A stretch of DNA of 14,104 nt from Oligoflexia bacterium. Its GTDB lineage: Bacteria; Bdellovibrionota; Bdellovibrionia; JABDDW01. The stretch covers positions 1-14,104 of the forward strand of contig JAYTHU010000089.1 in the NCBI GenBank assembly GCA_043732305.1. The letters are read 5' to 3'. Both the position numbers and the translations under genes were made by a program. The notes beneath the pieces were generated by a model. The model saw only the letters and a list, made by a program, of their open reading frames with translations, had not been told where the DNA came from and ran no database searches. Shown piece after piece: positions 6,433 to 14,104 of the stretch (positions are counted from its first letter, which is position 1; each line of letters begins with the position of its first letter).

Positions 6433-8094
6433 TTGAATAAGACGTTTTTGCAAAACCTAGCGCACCAGCTAAAAACTTACTACGCGGGATTGAGTCCCAT
6501 GAAGCGAGTGAGTGTGATCTCCGCGACATTTATTATTGTCGCAGCAGTAATAGTTGTGACAATGATAATGTCCGGTAGGACATACACCACGCTATTCACA
6601 AATATTCCTAATGAACAGTTGCCACTGATTATTGGCAAGCTTCAAGAAAAGCAAATTCCCTACCAAACAATAGACAACGGAAAAACGATCACCGTCCCTC
6701 CAGAGTTTTTGCACTCCACGCAAATGATGCTCATGAGTGAAACTGGGTTTGCTAAAGTTGGGCAATTGGGTTTTGAGCTTTTCGATAAAGATAGTTTCGG
6801 GACAACAAGTTACGTTCAGAGAATTAATTATCAGCGAGCTCTTCAAGGCGAATTGATCCGAGTTATTAACTCATTGGACTCAATTAAAAATAGCAAAGTC
6901 ATTTTGGCATTGCCTCCTAAAAGAACTTTCCTTGAAGAATCAGACTCCCCTTCCGCGTCTGTTGTTGTGGACTTAAAAGACGGAAAAAACCTCAACATCG
7001 ATCAAGTGCGCGGCATTATCCACCTGGTCGCCAGTGCTGTTGAAGGAATGGATCCTGAGAAAGTCACAGTTGTTGATTCCCGCGGTAAAGTGCTATCACG
7101 AAATATTGTCGGAGGAGTGGCCGCTGCTTCAAACGACATGATGGAATTTAAGATCGGTCGTGAGCACGCCTTTGAAGAACGCATTGAAGATATTTTATCT
7201 AAAGTCGTTGGCACTGGAAAAATCACAGCTCGTGTGAATGCGGATGTGAACTTTAGGCAAATCACGTCAGTTGAAGAGATTGTGGATCCTGAAAAACAAG
7301 CTCTCAAATCTATGCAAACTGAAGAAGAAAAGCTTCGCGGTAACCGTTCCAACAGTTCCGGAGTTCCCGGCGCAAGATCAAATCTTCCTGGTGCAGAAGA
7401 TGCTGGTCAATCCGGATTTAAACAAGACGTGGATAAAGAACTTAAAACTGTGAATTACGAAAATACTAAAACGGTTCGTAATGTCAAAGAGCCTGTCGGA
7501 AATATTGAGCGTCTGAGTGTGGCGGTGCTTGTTGACGGCGTGACGACTCAAACTGTCGATAAAGACGGGAAGGTCACCGAAAAATGGACTCCTCGTTCGG
7601 TTGAAGAGATCGCACAGTACGAAACCATCGTTAAAAATTCCATCGGCTTTGATGAAAAGCGCGGTGACTCAGTTAAAATTGAAAACATTAAATTTTCAAA
7701 AGAAGATTTCACCGAGAGCGACAAAATAATTTCTTCACTTGAAAGAAAAAAACTCATTTCATATCTCGTGAAATGGGGAGTGATCGCAATGTCCTTTGCG
7801 CTCTTCTTCTTTGTCGCCGTCCGTCCCTTCATGAGATGGATCACCGAAAGCTTCCAAGATTCCGTCGACGAAATGTTGCCCAAAACCATAGAGGAATTAG
7901 AAGACCTGCAGAAGGTAGACAATTCACTCCCAGGAATGTCAGGTGCACTTCCGATGCTGGAAGAAACTATCGATCCCGATAAGGCTGAGAGTGAATTACT
8001 TAAAGAACGAATCATTAGTCTCATTCAATCCGACAATCTCAAGGCAACTTATGCATTGAATTCTTGGCTTGAAGACAGCCGCAGAGCCAATTGA
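6433..8094 (+). CDS. fliF: Flagellar MS-ring protein FliF
   Basis: TTG start after GGGAGG. Two TM segments; GFELFDKDSFGTTSYVQRINYQRALQGEL, LVASAVEGM, GVPGARSN, RLSVAVLVDG and IGFDEKRGD motifs. Confidence 0.97.
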   Translation: MNKTFLQNLAHQLKTYYAGLSPMKRVSVISATFIIVAAVIVVTMIMSGRTYTTLFTNIPNEQLPLIIGKLQEKQIPYQTIDNGKTITVPPEFLHSTQMMLMSETGFAKVGQLGFELFDKDSFGTTSYVQRINYQRALQGELIRVINSLDSIKNSKVILALPPKRTFLEESDSPSASVVVDLKDGKNLNIDQVRGIIHLVASAVEGMDPEKVTVVDSRGKVLSRNIVGGVAAASNDMMEFKIGREHAFEERIEDILSKVVGTGKITARVNADVNFRQITSVEEIVDPEKQALKSMQTEEEKLRGNRSNSSGVPGARSNLPGAEDAGQSGFKQDVDKELKTVNYENTKTVRNVKEPVGNIERLSVAVLVDGVTTQTVDKDGKVTEKWTPRSVEEIAQYETIVKNSIGFDEKRGDSVKIENIKFSKEDFTESDKIISSLERKKLISYLVKWGVIAMSFALFFFVAVRPFMRWITESFQDSVDEMLPKTIEELEDLQKVDNSLPGMSGALPMLEETIDPDKAESELLKERIISLIQSDNLKATYALNSWLEDSRRAN

Positions 8095-8120
8095 CGCTTG
8101 AATAATAGAGAGGCGAATTT

Positions 8121-9146
8121 ATGTCAGAAATGCTAATTTTTGAAGAACTCAAAGGAATGGAAAAAGCAGCTATCCTACTCAATTATCTTGGGGAAGGTGC
8201 TACCACTGAGCTTTTTAAAAATATGGAAGACAGTGATATTCGAAAAATTATCAATCACATGTCTCGATTAAAATTTGTTCCCATCGAAGTGACGAAGCGA
8301 GTGCTAGAAGAATATTACGAAAAAGTTAGCGAGCAAGAGCAGTACATATTTTCAAAAAACATTGCCACTAAGGAAACGATTGTTGCCGCAGTTGGCGAAG
8401 ATCGCGCTCGCGGAATCTTAGGTCACTTGAATTTGGCTGCCGGTGGACAATCCCGCACTTTGGAATCTCTGGAATTAGTAGACGCTAAATCTCTAGCAAA
8501 CTTTTTAGTCAATGAACACCCTCAGACTATCGCTGTTATTCTTGCGCATCTCGAGCCTGAGAAAAAATGTGAAGTCTTAAAACGCATGCCGGAATCTGTG
8601 CAAGCAGAAGCTGTTCTTCGCATGGCGAATATCGATTACATTTCGCCCGAATTGATAGAAGAGATGGATAAAGTTCTCAGACAAGAACTGGCAACAATGG
8701 GAACCGTTGAACAAGCGCAACTTGGCGGAGTTCAGCCGGTGGCGGAAATGCTAAACGTCATGGATAAAAATACTGAATCTGCAATTATGGCTCGTCTGGA
8801 AGAAAAAGACCCTATCTTAGCCGAAGAAATTAGAAAATTGATGTTCGTGTTCGAAGATATTATTAAAATCGACGATCGCGGAATACAGACACTTCTCAAA
8901 GAAATTCCGAATGACAAACTTCTTTTGGCTCTTAAAACCGCCAACGATGAAATTAAAGATAAAATTTCCCGCAATATGTCTTCGCGCGCAGCAACTCTTT
9001 TGCTCGAAGATTTGCAGGCCATGGGCCCATCGAAACTATCTGACGTTGAAGGTGCTCAGCAGGAAATAGTAAATCAAGCTCGTAAACTGGAAGCTGAAGG
9101 CAAGATCTTGATTGCTCGCGGCGGCGGAGAGGATGCACTTGTCTAG
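8121..9146 (+). CDS. fliG: Flagellar motor switch protein FliG
   Basis: KAAILL, EHPQTIAVILAHL, GG hinge, MFVFEDI, NMSSRAA and VEGAQQEIV motifs. Confidence 0.98.
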   Translation: MSEMLIFEELKGMEKAAILLNYLGEGATTELFKNMEDSDIRKIINHMSRLKFVPIEVTKRVLEEYYEKVSEQEQYIFSKNIATKETIVAAVGEDRARGILGHLNLAAGGQSRTLESLELVDAKSLANFLVNEHPQTIAVILAHLEPEKKCEVLKRMPESVQAEAVLRMANIDYISPELIEEMDKVLRQELATMGTVEQAQLGGVQPVAEMLNVMDKNTESAIMARLEEKDPILAEEIRKLMFVFEDIIKIDDRGIQTLLKEIPNDKLLLALKTANDEIKDKISRNMSSRAATLLLEDLQAMGPSKLSDVEGAQQEIVNQARKLEAEGKILIARGGGEDALV

Positions 9147-9900
9147 AAATGTTATTCTAAAGCCACAGCAATCTGACGGACTTATTTTTGGATTAGAGCC
9201 GAAGAAATTCTTCCATCATGTTCCGCAAAACATGATCGACTCTGCCCACCAAGGAATGAGTAGCAAGGCATTTGCTATCAACGAACTCGTCGCGAAAACT
9301 TCGGGATTGGCTGAACTCCATCGACAAAATCAACAAGACCTTGTGGAAACTGAAGTCATCAGGCGCCTGAAAGAAGTAGAAGAGAAAGCTTACGCTGAGG
9401 CCCACAAGCTGGGAATGATCGACGGAACTAAGCAAGCTTTTGATGGGACAACCGAACTTATAAACAAATCTTTAGAAAAATTTGCCGAAGTGTTTGTTTT
9501 TTTTGAAAAAACTAAAGAGCAACTTTTCCTAGAAAACGAAGAGTCCTTCATTAAGCTTATTTTTAAAATTTCTGAAAGTGTGATCATGAAGTCAATTCAA
9601 CTTGACCCCACGATCATTGCGACTGTTCTTAAAAAAGCAATTGATGACACTCAAGGTGAAGAAGAAATCACTGTCAGACTTTCTCAAGAAGACAACGACT
9701 TTCTTCAGACCATCACGGAATCAAAATTGAAACCTTGGGAAGGAAATAAAAAAATAAGATTGGAAGTTTCTCCGGATGTCTCCCGCGGTGGTTGTATCGT
9801 TGAAACAAATCATGGGGCGATTGATGCCGGTATAGAAAAGCGTGTTGAAAAAGCTTGGGCGGCTGTTGAAGGTCGCATTCCCAAAGAGGAAACTGAGTGA
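9139..9900 (+). CDS. fliH: Flagellar export protein FliH (~253 aa)
   Basis: Lies between fliG and fliI, with an AxxxAxxxGxxxGxxxA repeat (AYAEAHKLGMIDGTKQA) and C-terminal GGCIVETNHGAIDA. The likely start is TTG at 9139 after GGAGAGGA; the track's 9112 lies inside fliG. Confidence 0.92.
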   Translation: MSRNVILKPQQSDGLIFGLEPKKFFHHVPQNMIDSAHQGMSSKAFAINELVAKTSGLAELHRQNQQDLVETEVIRRLKEVEEKAYAEAHKLGMIDGTKQAFDGTTELINKSLEKFAEVFVFFEKTKEQLFLENEESFIKLIFKISESVIMKSIQLDPTIIATVLKKAIDDTQGEEEITVRLSQEDNDFLQTITESKLKPWEGNKKIRLEVSPDVSRGGCIVETNHGAIDAGIEKRVEKAWAAVEGRIPKEETE

Positions 9901-11213
9901 ACCTCAATTTAGAAAAATATTCTCAAGTTTTAGGAAAAGAATCCTTATTTTCTGAGAGCGGAAAAATCACAAAAGTTATTGGTTTTTTAATGGAAGGCTA
10001 TATTCCTGGAGCATGGCTTGGAACTGTTTGCGAAGTTTTCCCGTCAAATGGCGAGCCATCTATACTTGCCGAAGTTGTTGGCTTCAGGGAAAAAAATGTT
10101 TTGATGATGCCTCTTGGTGAGTTGCGTGGTGTAGGGATGGGTGCCAGAGTTCGTCTTTCAAAACGAGAAGCAACGGTCAGAGTTGGAAAAAAATTATTAG
10201 GCAGAGTTATAAATGCCCTCGGCGAACCGATCGACAGCAAAGGAAAAATTCAAGCTCACGAAGAAGTAAGTATTTACAGCGGCGTGGAAAATCCTTTAAA
10301 TCGGCCTCCCATTAAAGATTCATTGGATCTAGGAGTGAAGTCCATCAACGGACTTCTGACTGTGGGTCAAGGACAGCGCGTGGGAATCATGGCTGGATCC
10401 GGCGTAGGAAAATCTGTTCTTTTGGGAATGATCGCGCAAGGAACAACCGCTGATGTGAACGTGATTGCACTTATTGGAGAGCGAGGCCGTGAGGTCAGAG
10501 AATTTATTGAAAACGATCTCGGTCCTGAAGGCTTGGCACGCTCCGTGATTGTTTGCGCAACCAGCGATCAAAGTCCGGTGGTTCGAATGCGGGGTGCCTA
10601 TTTGGCCACAGCTATCGCAGAATATTTTTGTAATTCTGGAAAAAACGTACTCCTGATGATGGATTCCGTCACTCGATTTGCAATGGCTCAACGCGAAATT
10701 GGTTTGAGTATTGGTGAACCACCCGCAACTAAAGGCTACACGCCCAGCGTTTTTGCGATGTTGCCTAAATTACTTGAGCGCGCGGGATCTTTTGCGGGTC
10801 GCGGTAGCATCACTGGGTTGTACACAGTTTTAGTTGAAGGTGATGACATGGATGATCCCATTGCGGATTCTGTCCGCTCGATAGTAGATGGTCACATTGT
10901 TCTATCACGCAGTATTGCTCAGAAGGGTCATTACCCAGCAATCGACGTCATGCAAAGCACTTCTCGAGTCATGAGAAATGTCACCGATCCTGCACACTAC
11001 GAGCTTGCGATGCGACTTCGAGAACTCATGGCGAACTATCGTGAGGCCGAAGATTTAATAAATATTGGGGCATATAAAAAAGGCAGCAATGTCAAAGTTG
11101 ACCGAGCTATCGAACTTCATGACCGCATTGAAGATTTCTTGAAGCAAGAAGTCGGAACTCGTGTGGATATGGACCAGACCATTCACACTATGCATGAAAT
11201 CTTGAGGAGCTGA
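9897..11213 (+). CDS. fliI: Flagellum-specific export ATPase FliI
   Basis: Walker A AGSGVGKS, LIGERGREVREF, MDSVTRFAMAQREIGL and DGHIVLSR. GTG start in a GTGA overlap with fliH. Confidence 0.98.
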   Translation: MNLNLEKYSQVLGKESLFSESGKITKVIGFLMEGYIPGAWLGTVCEVFPSNGEPSILAEVVGFREKNVLMMPLGELRGVGMGARVRLSKREATVRVGKKLLGRVINALGEPIDSKGKIQAHEEVSIYSGVENPLNRPPIKDSLDLGVKSINGLLTVGQGQRVGIMAGSGVGKSVLLGMIAQGTTADVNVIALIGERGREVREFIENDLGPEGLARSVIVCATSDQSPVVRMRGAYLATAIAEYFCNSGKNVLLMMDSVTRFAMAQREIGLSIGEPPATKGYTPSVFAMLPKLLERAGSFAGRGSITGLYTVLVEGDDMDDPIADSVRSIVDGHIVLSRSIAQKGHYPAIDVMQSTSRVMRNVTDPAHYELAMRLRELMANYREAEDLINIGAYKKGSNVKVDRAIELHDRIEDFLKQEVGTRVDMDQTIHTMHEILRS

Positions 11214-11656
11214 TGTTTAAATTCACTTACCACAAACTTTTAGAGTATCAGCAGCAACAAGAAGATGTGGCCAGACGTGATTACTTTGAAACTGTTGAGC
11301 TCCTTGATCTTGAAAAAGCTAGATATCAAAAGATGTTCAAAGATCAAGATATCGCTCTCGAAGAAGTTTTTGTTTTGAAAAGTCGTGATATGGGAGTTTC
11401 AATTATGCGTCTGAACGAATTAGATAACTTTGTCGATGGCATGAAATTTCGGATCGAAAAGCAAAGAGAGATCGTGATTGCCCACACCCACATTGTCGAG
11501 CACAAACAAGAGATCTTGCAGCTTGCAGCTAAAGAACGAAAGATCTTAGAAAAACTAAAAGAGAAAAAACATGCTGATTACAAAAAGCTGATGAAGAAAG
11601 CCGAATTTAAGCGAAACGACGAGTTAGTTGTGACCAGACATAGGAAGGGCGCATGA
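11213..11656 (+). CDS. fliJ: Flagellar export protein FliJ
   Basis: 147-aa coiled-coil directly after fliI (TGATG overlap), with an MFKF...LL N-terminus and an ERKILEKLKEK...E.K..DE C-terminus. Confidence 0.9.
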   Translation: MFKFTYHKLLEYQQQQEDVARRDYFETVELLDLEKARYQKMFKDQDIALEEVFVLKSRDMGVSIMRLNELDNFVDGMKFRIEKQREIVIAHTHIVEHKQEILQLAAKERKILEKLKEKKHADYKKLMKKAEFKRNDELVVTRHRKGA

Positions 11657-12417
11657 AATCATCCATAAATGCATCGGCAAAAACATCCAGCTACGAGAAT
11701 CACTTTAAAAAACGCAAAGAGGTGATGATGAAGAAATCAAAAAAGAAAATGGGGTCACCGCAAGTGTGGCTCATTTTGGTAGCGTGTGTTTTGGCGGGTG
11801 GAAGTGGATATTATCTTTATATTGGTGACACGCGGGCGGAGAAAATATTTAGCCGCGTTGAAATTAGTATCTTAGGCGAAGCACTCGCTGGAGAAACCGC
11901 TGACAAATCTGGGGAAAAGTCTTCCGAGACCAAAGACCGCGAAGAGGAAAAAATCGCCGCTGACAAGGCTCAGGATAAAGCTGATAAATCTGCCGTGCGC
12001 AAGACTTGGAGCGACGATGAAGTGGCTCTTTTCAGTAAGTTAGAAGATAGAAAAAAAACACTCGACGCTCGAGAGTCAGATCTCAATAAGTTGGAAGAAG
12101 AATTGCAGAAGCAAAAGGATGTATTAGAGAAACGTCTGGCCGAACTTGAAGAAGTTCGTGGAAAAATTTCCGCGAGGCTCGACCAAAAAGTAAAGGTTGA
12201 TCAAGAAAAAGTGGAATCTCTCGTTTCGGTTTACGCAAACATGAAACCTGCACAAGCCGCCAAGGTCATTGAAGGACTCAATGAAGATTTAGCTGTAGAA
12301 GTTTTAACAAAAATGAAAAATAAGAGTGCGGCTGAGATTTTAAATTTAATGGATTCAGAAAAAGCTAAAAAGATTTCGGAAAAATATGCAGGTTATAGAG
12401 AACCCGCTTCTAAATAA
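11653..12417 (+). CDS. MotE/FlbB/YlxF-like flagellar protein (TM anchor, coiled coil, MgtE_N-like helical C-domain)
   Basis: TM segment WLILVACVLAGGSGYYLYI, a heptad-rich stretch (LEDRKKTLDARESDLNKLEEEL...), and C-terminal LVSVYANMKPAQAAKVI...MKNKSAAEILNLMDSEKA. It sits between fliJ and fliK, as this family often does. ATGA overlap with fliJ. Confidence 0.82.
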   Translation: MKSSINASAKTSSYENHFKKRKEVMMKKSKKKMGSPQVWLILVACVLAGGSGYYLYIGDTRAEKIFSRVEISILGEALAGETADKSGEKSSETKDREEEKIAADKAQDKADKSAVRKTWSDDEVALFSKLEDRKKTLDARESDLNKLEEELQKQKDVLEKRLAELEEVRGKISARLDQKVKVDQEKVESLVSVYANMKPAQAAKVIEGLNEDLAVEVLTKMKNKSAAEILNLMDSEKAKKISEKYAGYREPASK

Positions 12418-12488
12418 AGGTCAGCACCCTTCATAAAGGTGAGTGCGATTAAAGATCGCATAATTAAAAAAGAAAGGAGGAAAATAAT

Positions 12489-14104
12489 ATGGTTCAAGAT
12501 ACAAACGTAAGTAGTAAAACTTTTTATCCCGATGCCAGACTCAAGGACTTGGGAAAAAATGCTAACACAGGATATGACATGGCCGAAGGCGGAGAGTCGT
12601 ACGAAACTGTGGCTAAAAAAGTGACCAGTTCAAAACCAGCGCCCGCTCGTCAAGAAGAGCACATGGCGAGTCACCCATTAAAAGCCAGAGAGAACACTAA
12701 ACTTGACAGACCTGCTCGAACAGAGAGAGCTAAACTTGATAAACCCAAAGTGGGAAGCAAGAACGCTTTCTTCCCCGAAAAAGCAATGCCCGTTCACGAA
12801 AGCCCAACAGAAGTTGCGAATAAAGCTTCTGGTGAAGTCAAAGCTGGTCCGCAGATTAAAGCTATTGGTAATGAAGATAGCCTGGTTCAAAATGCGGATG
12901 ATTCTGACGACGCCGTAAGCTCTTTGGAAGATGTAGATTCATTCATGCTTGGAAAGTTGGCTGCCGGTCAATCAGTTGATCGAGCAACCAATCAAATGGG
13001 CAATCAATCTAACAATCAACTCGACGATGAGATGTCGTTTAACGACACTTCGGGCGTGATGAATCAAAGCTTTGAATCGGCTCAAGTGAGTTACCCTGTG
13101 AGGCAAATCGCTTCGTTAAGTTTGGACGAATCAACAAAACAATCATTGATGCAGCAAGGTCTGTGGGATGGACAAGGAAGTTACATTGCTCAACCTACAC
13201 AGAAAATGTTAACAATGATGGAATTTAAAGCGCAGCCGATGCCCGTGCAAAAACCGATCGCTCAGTTTATGGTCTCCATGGAGAATGAACTCAGTGTATC
13301 GCCTGACAGACTTGTTCAGGCCTACAGTCAATTAGCACCGGGGCAACTTTCTAAATCGCCACAGGAAACCATGATGCAAGTTATTAAAAGCTTGAGTTTC
13401 GCACCTGGCGATGAAAAGAAAGCAATGCAACTTTATTCCAAGATGCTGGTTCAACTTCAAAACAGCGGACAATCTGATGCTATGGCAAAATCTATGGCGC
13501 AAGTTACACCCGCTGTTCCTCAAACTTTAACTGCAGAACTGATGAGTCAAATGCGTGAAAGCACAACTGATGAGTCACCAAGTTCCACATCAAACAGTGA
13601 TGGAAAATCTGCAGAAGCCAATGCAAGCAAGTCTCATTCGTATGCACACGCAGCTAAAACTGCTGCTGCTGAAAATGTGATGGGCATGCAAGCCGTTTCC
13701 CAATCCAGTTCTAAACAAGGAATGGAAAGTGGTGACGAAGGTGGAATGGAATCGCATAATTTCTTGGCCCAACAACAAGGCCAAGGAAATGTTGTTGATA
13801 AAACAAACGGAGCGAAATCTAACGCAACGAAATTTGAACAATCAGCTTTGAGACAAATGAAAGCTGAAGATGTGAAAACCGGAATTCTGTCGGAAACGCA
13901 AAACTCTGCCCTCGCCCCATCTCATGGTGGAAAAAGCGGCGATATGTTTGCGGCTTCAACAGTGACTGGTCAGTCTGCTGATGCCATTGGAGGAACCCAA
14001 GGTCAGAAGGATTCTAGACACGAAGCTATTCAGTCCATTATCAACAATGCTCACGCGCTCTCTCAAAAAGGTGGCGGTGAGATAAAGATGATATTGAGAC
14101 CAGA
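12489..14104 (+). CDS. fliK: Flagellar hook-length control protein FliK; at least 538 aa, runs off the right edge
   Basis: ATG at 12489, 8 nt after AAAGGAGG. By hand translation the frame stays open to the window end and is low-complexity (S/Q/A/E/M-rich). It ends ...EAIQSIINNAHALSQKGGGEIKMILRP, the start of the FliK C-terminal domain (LxPxxLG expected next). Confidence 0.9.
   Translation, partial: MVQDTNVSSKTFYPDARLKDLGKNANTGYDMAEGGESYETVAKKVTSSKPAPARQEEHMASHPLKARENTKLDRPARTERAKLDKPKVGSKNAFFPEKAMPVHESPTEVANKASGEVKAGPQIKAIGNEDSLVQNADDSDDAVSSLEDVDSFMLGKLAAGQSVDRATNQMGNQSNNQLDDEMSFNDTSGVMNQSFESAQVSYPVRQIASLSLDESTKQSLMQQGLWDGQGSYIAQPTQKMLTMMEFKAQPMPVQKPIAQFMVSMENELSVSPDRLVQAYSQLAPGQLSKSPQETMMQVIKSLSFAPGDEKKAMQLYSKMLVQLQNSGQSDAMAKSMAQVTPAVPQTLTAELMSQMRESTTDESPSSTSNSDGKSAEANASKSHSYAHAAKTAAAENVMGMQAVSQSSSKQGMESGDEGGMESHNFLAQQQGQGNVVDKTNGAKSNATKFEQSALRQMKAEDVKTGILSETQNSALAPSHGGKSGDMFAASTVTGQSADAIGGTQGQKDSRHEAIQSIINNAHALSQKGGGEIKMILRP

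Noticed and set aside
8065..8079. GG-N10-GC (TGGCTTGAAGACAGC) upstream of fliG
   Set aside because: Spacing is right but the TTGC element is absent, and it lies in fliF coding sequence; likely chance.
6433..11656. Non-flagellar (injectisome) type III secretion system
   Set aside because: flgB, flgC, fliE, a full-length fliG and fliK identify the cluster as flagellar.
12415..12460. sigma28 promoter or intrinsic terminator before fliK
   Set aside because: No TAAA is spaced 15 nt from a GCCGATAA-like box, and the hairpins lack a U-tract.
1349..13841. Numerous 60-158 aa antisense and alternate-frame ORFs in the track (e.g. 7002-7352, 7548-8024, 12703-12918)
   Set aside because: All overlap well-supported genes and show no family motifs; they are typical shadow ORFs.

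Overview
Core bacterial chromosome, with no mobile element, CRISPR array or RNA gene recognised. Most of the window is one tightly packed + strand flagellar basal-body/export operon: a ~953-aa exported TPR protein, a sigma54 enhancer-binding protein with no N-terminal regulatory domain, then flgB-flgC-fliE-fliF-fliG-fliH-fliI-fliJ, a MotE/FlbB-like protein and a long fliK running off the right edge (missing from the ORF track). A divergent - strand unit holds a probable PsbP/DcrB-like lipoprotein overlapping an mlaE-type permease that runs off the left edge (also missing from the track). The 941-1321 spacer has a near-consensus sigma54 -24/-12 promoter, a 5' hairpin, a 51-codon uORF whose stop overlaps the likely TTG start of the TPR gene, and a candidate divergent sigma70 promoter. 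The gene order suggests Bdellovibrionota or a related former delta-proteobacterium (inference, not searched). I cannot show that a wholly new system is present. The best leads are the sigma54/uORF/TPR/receiver-less-activator head module, the TPR protein as a possible motor scaffold, and a recurring R-x-[PI]-A-S motif in the exported proteins.
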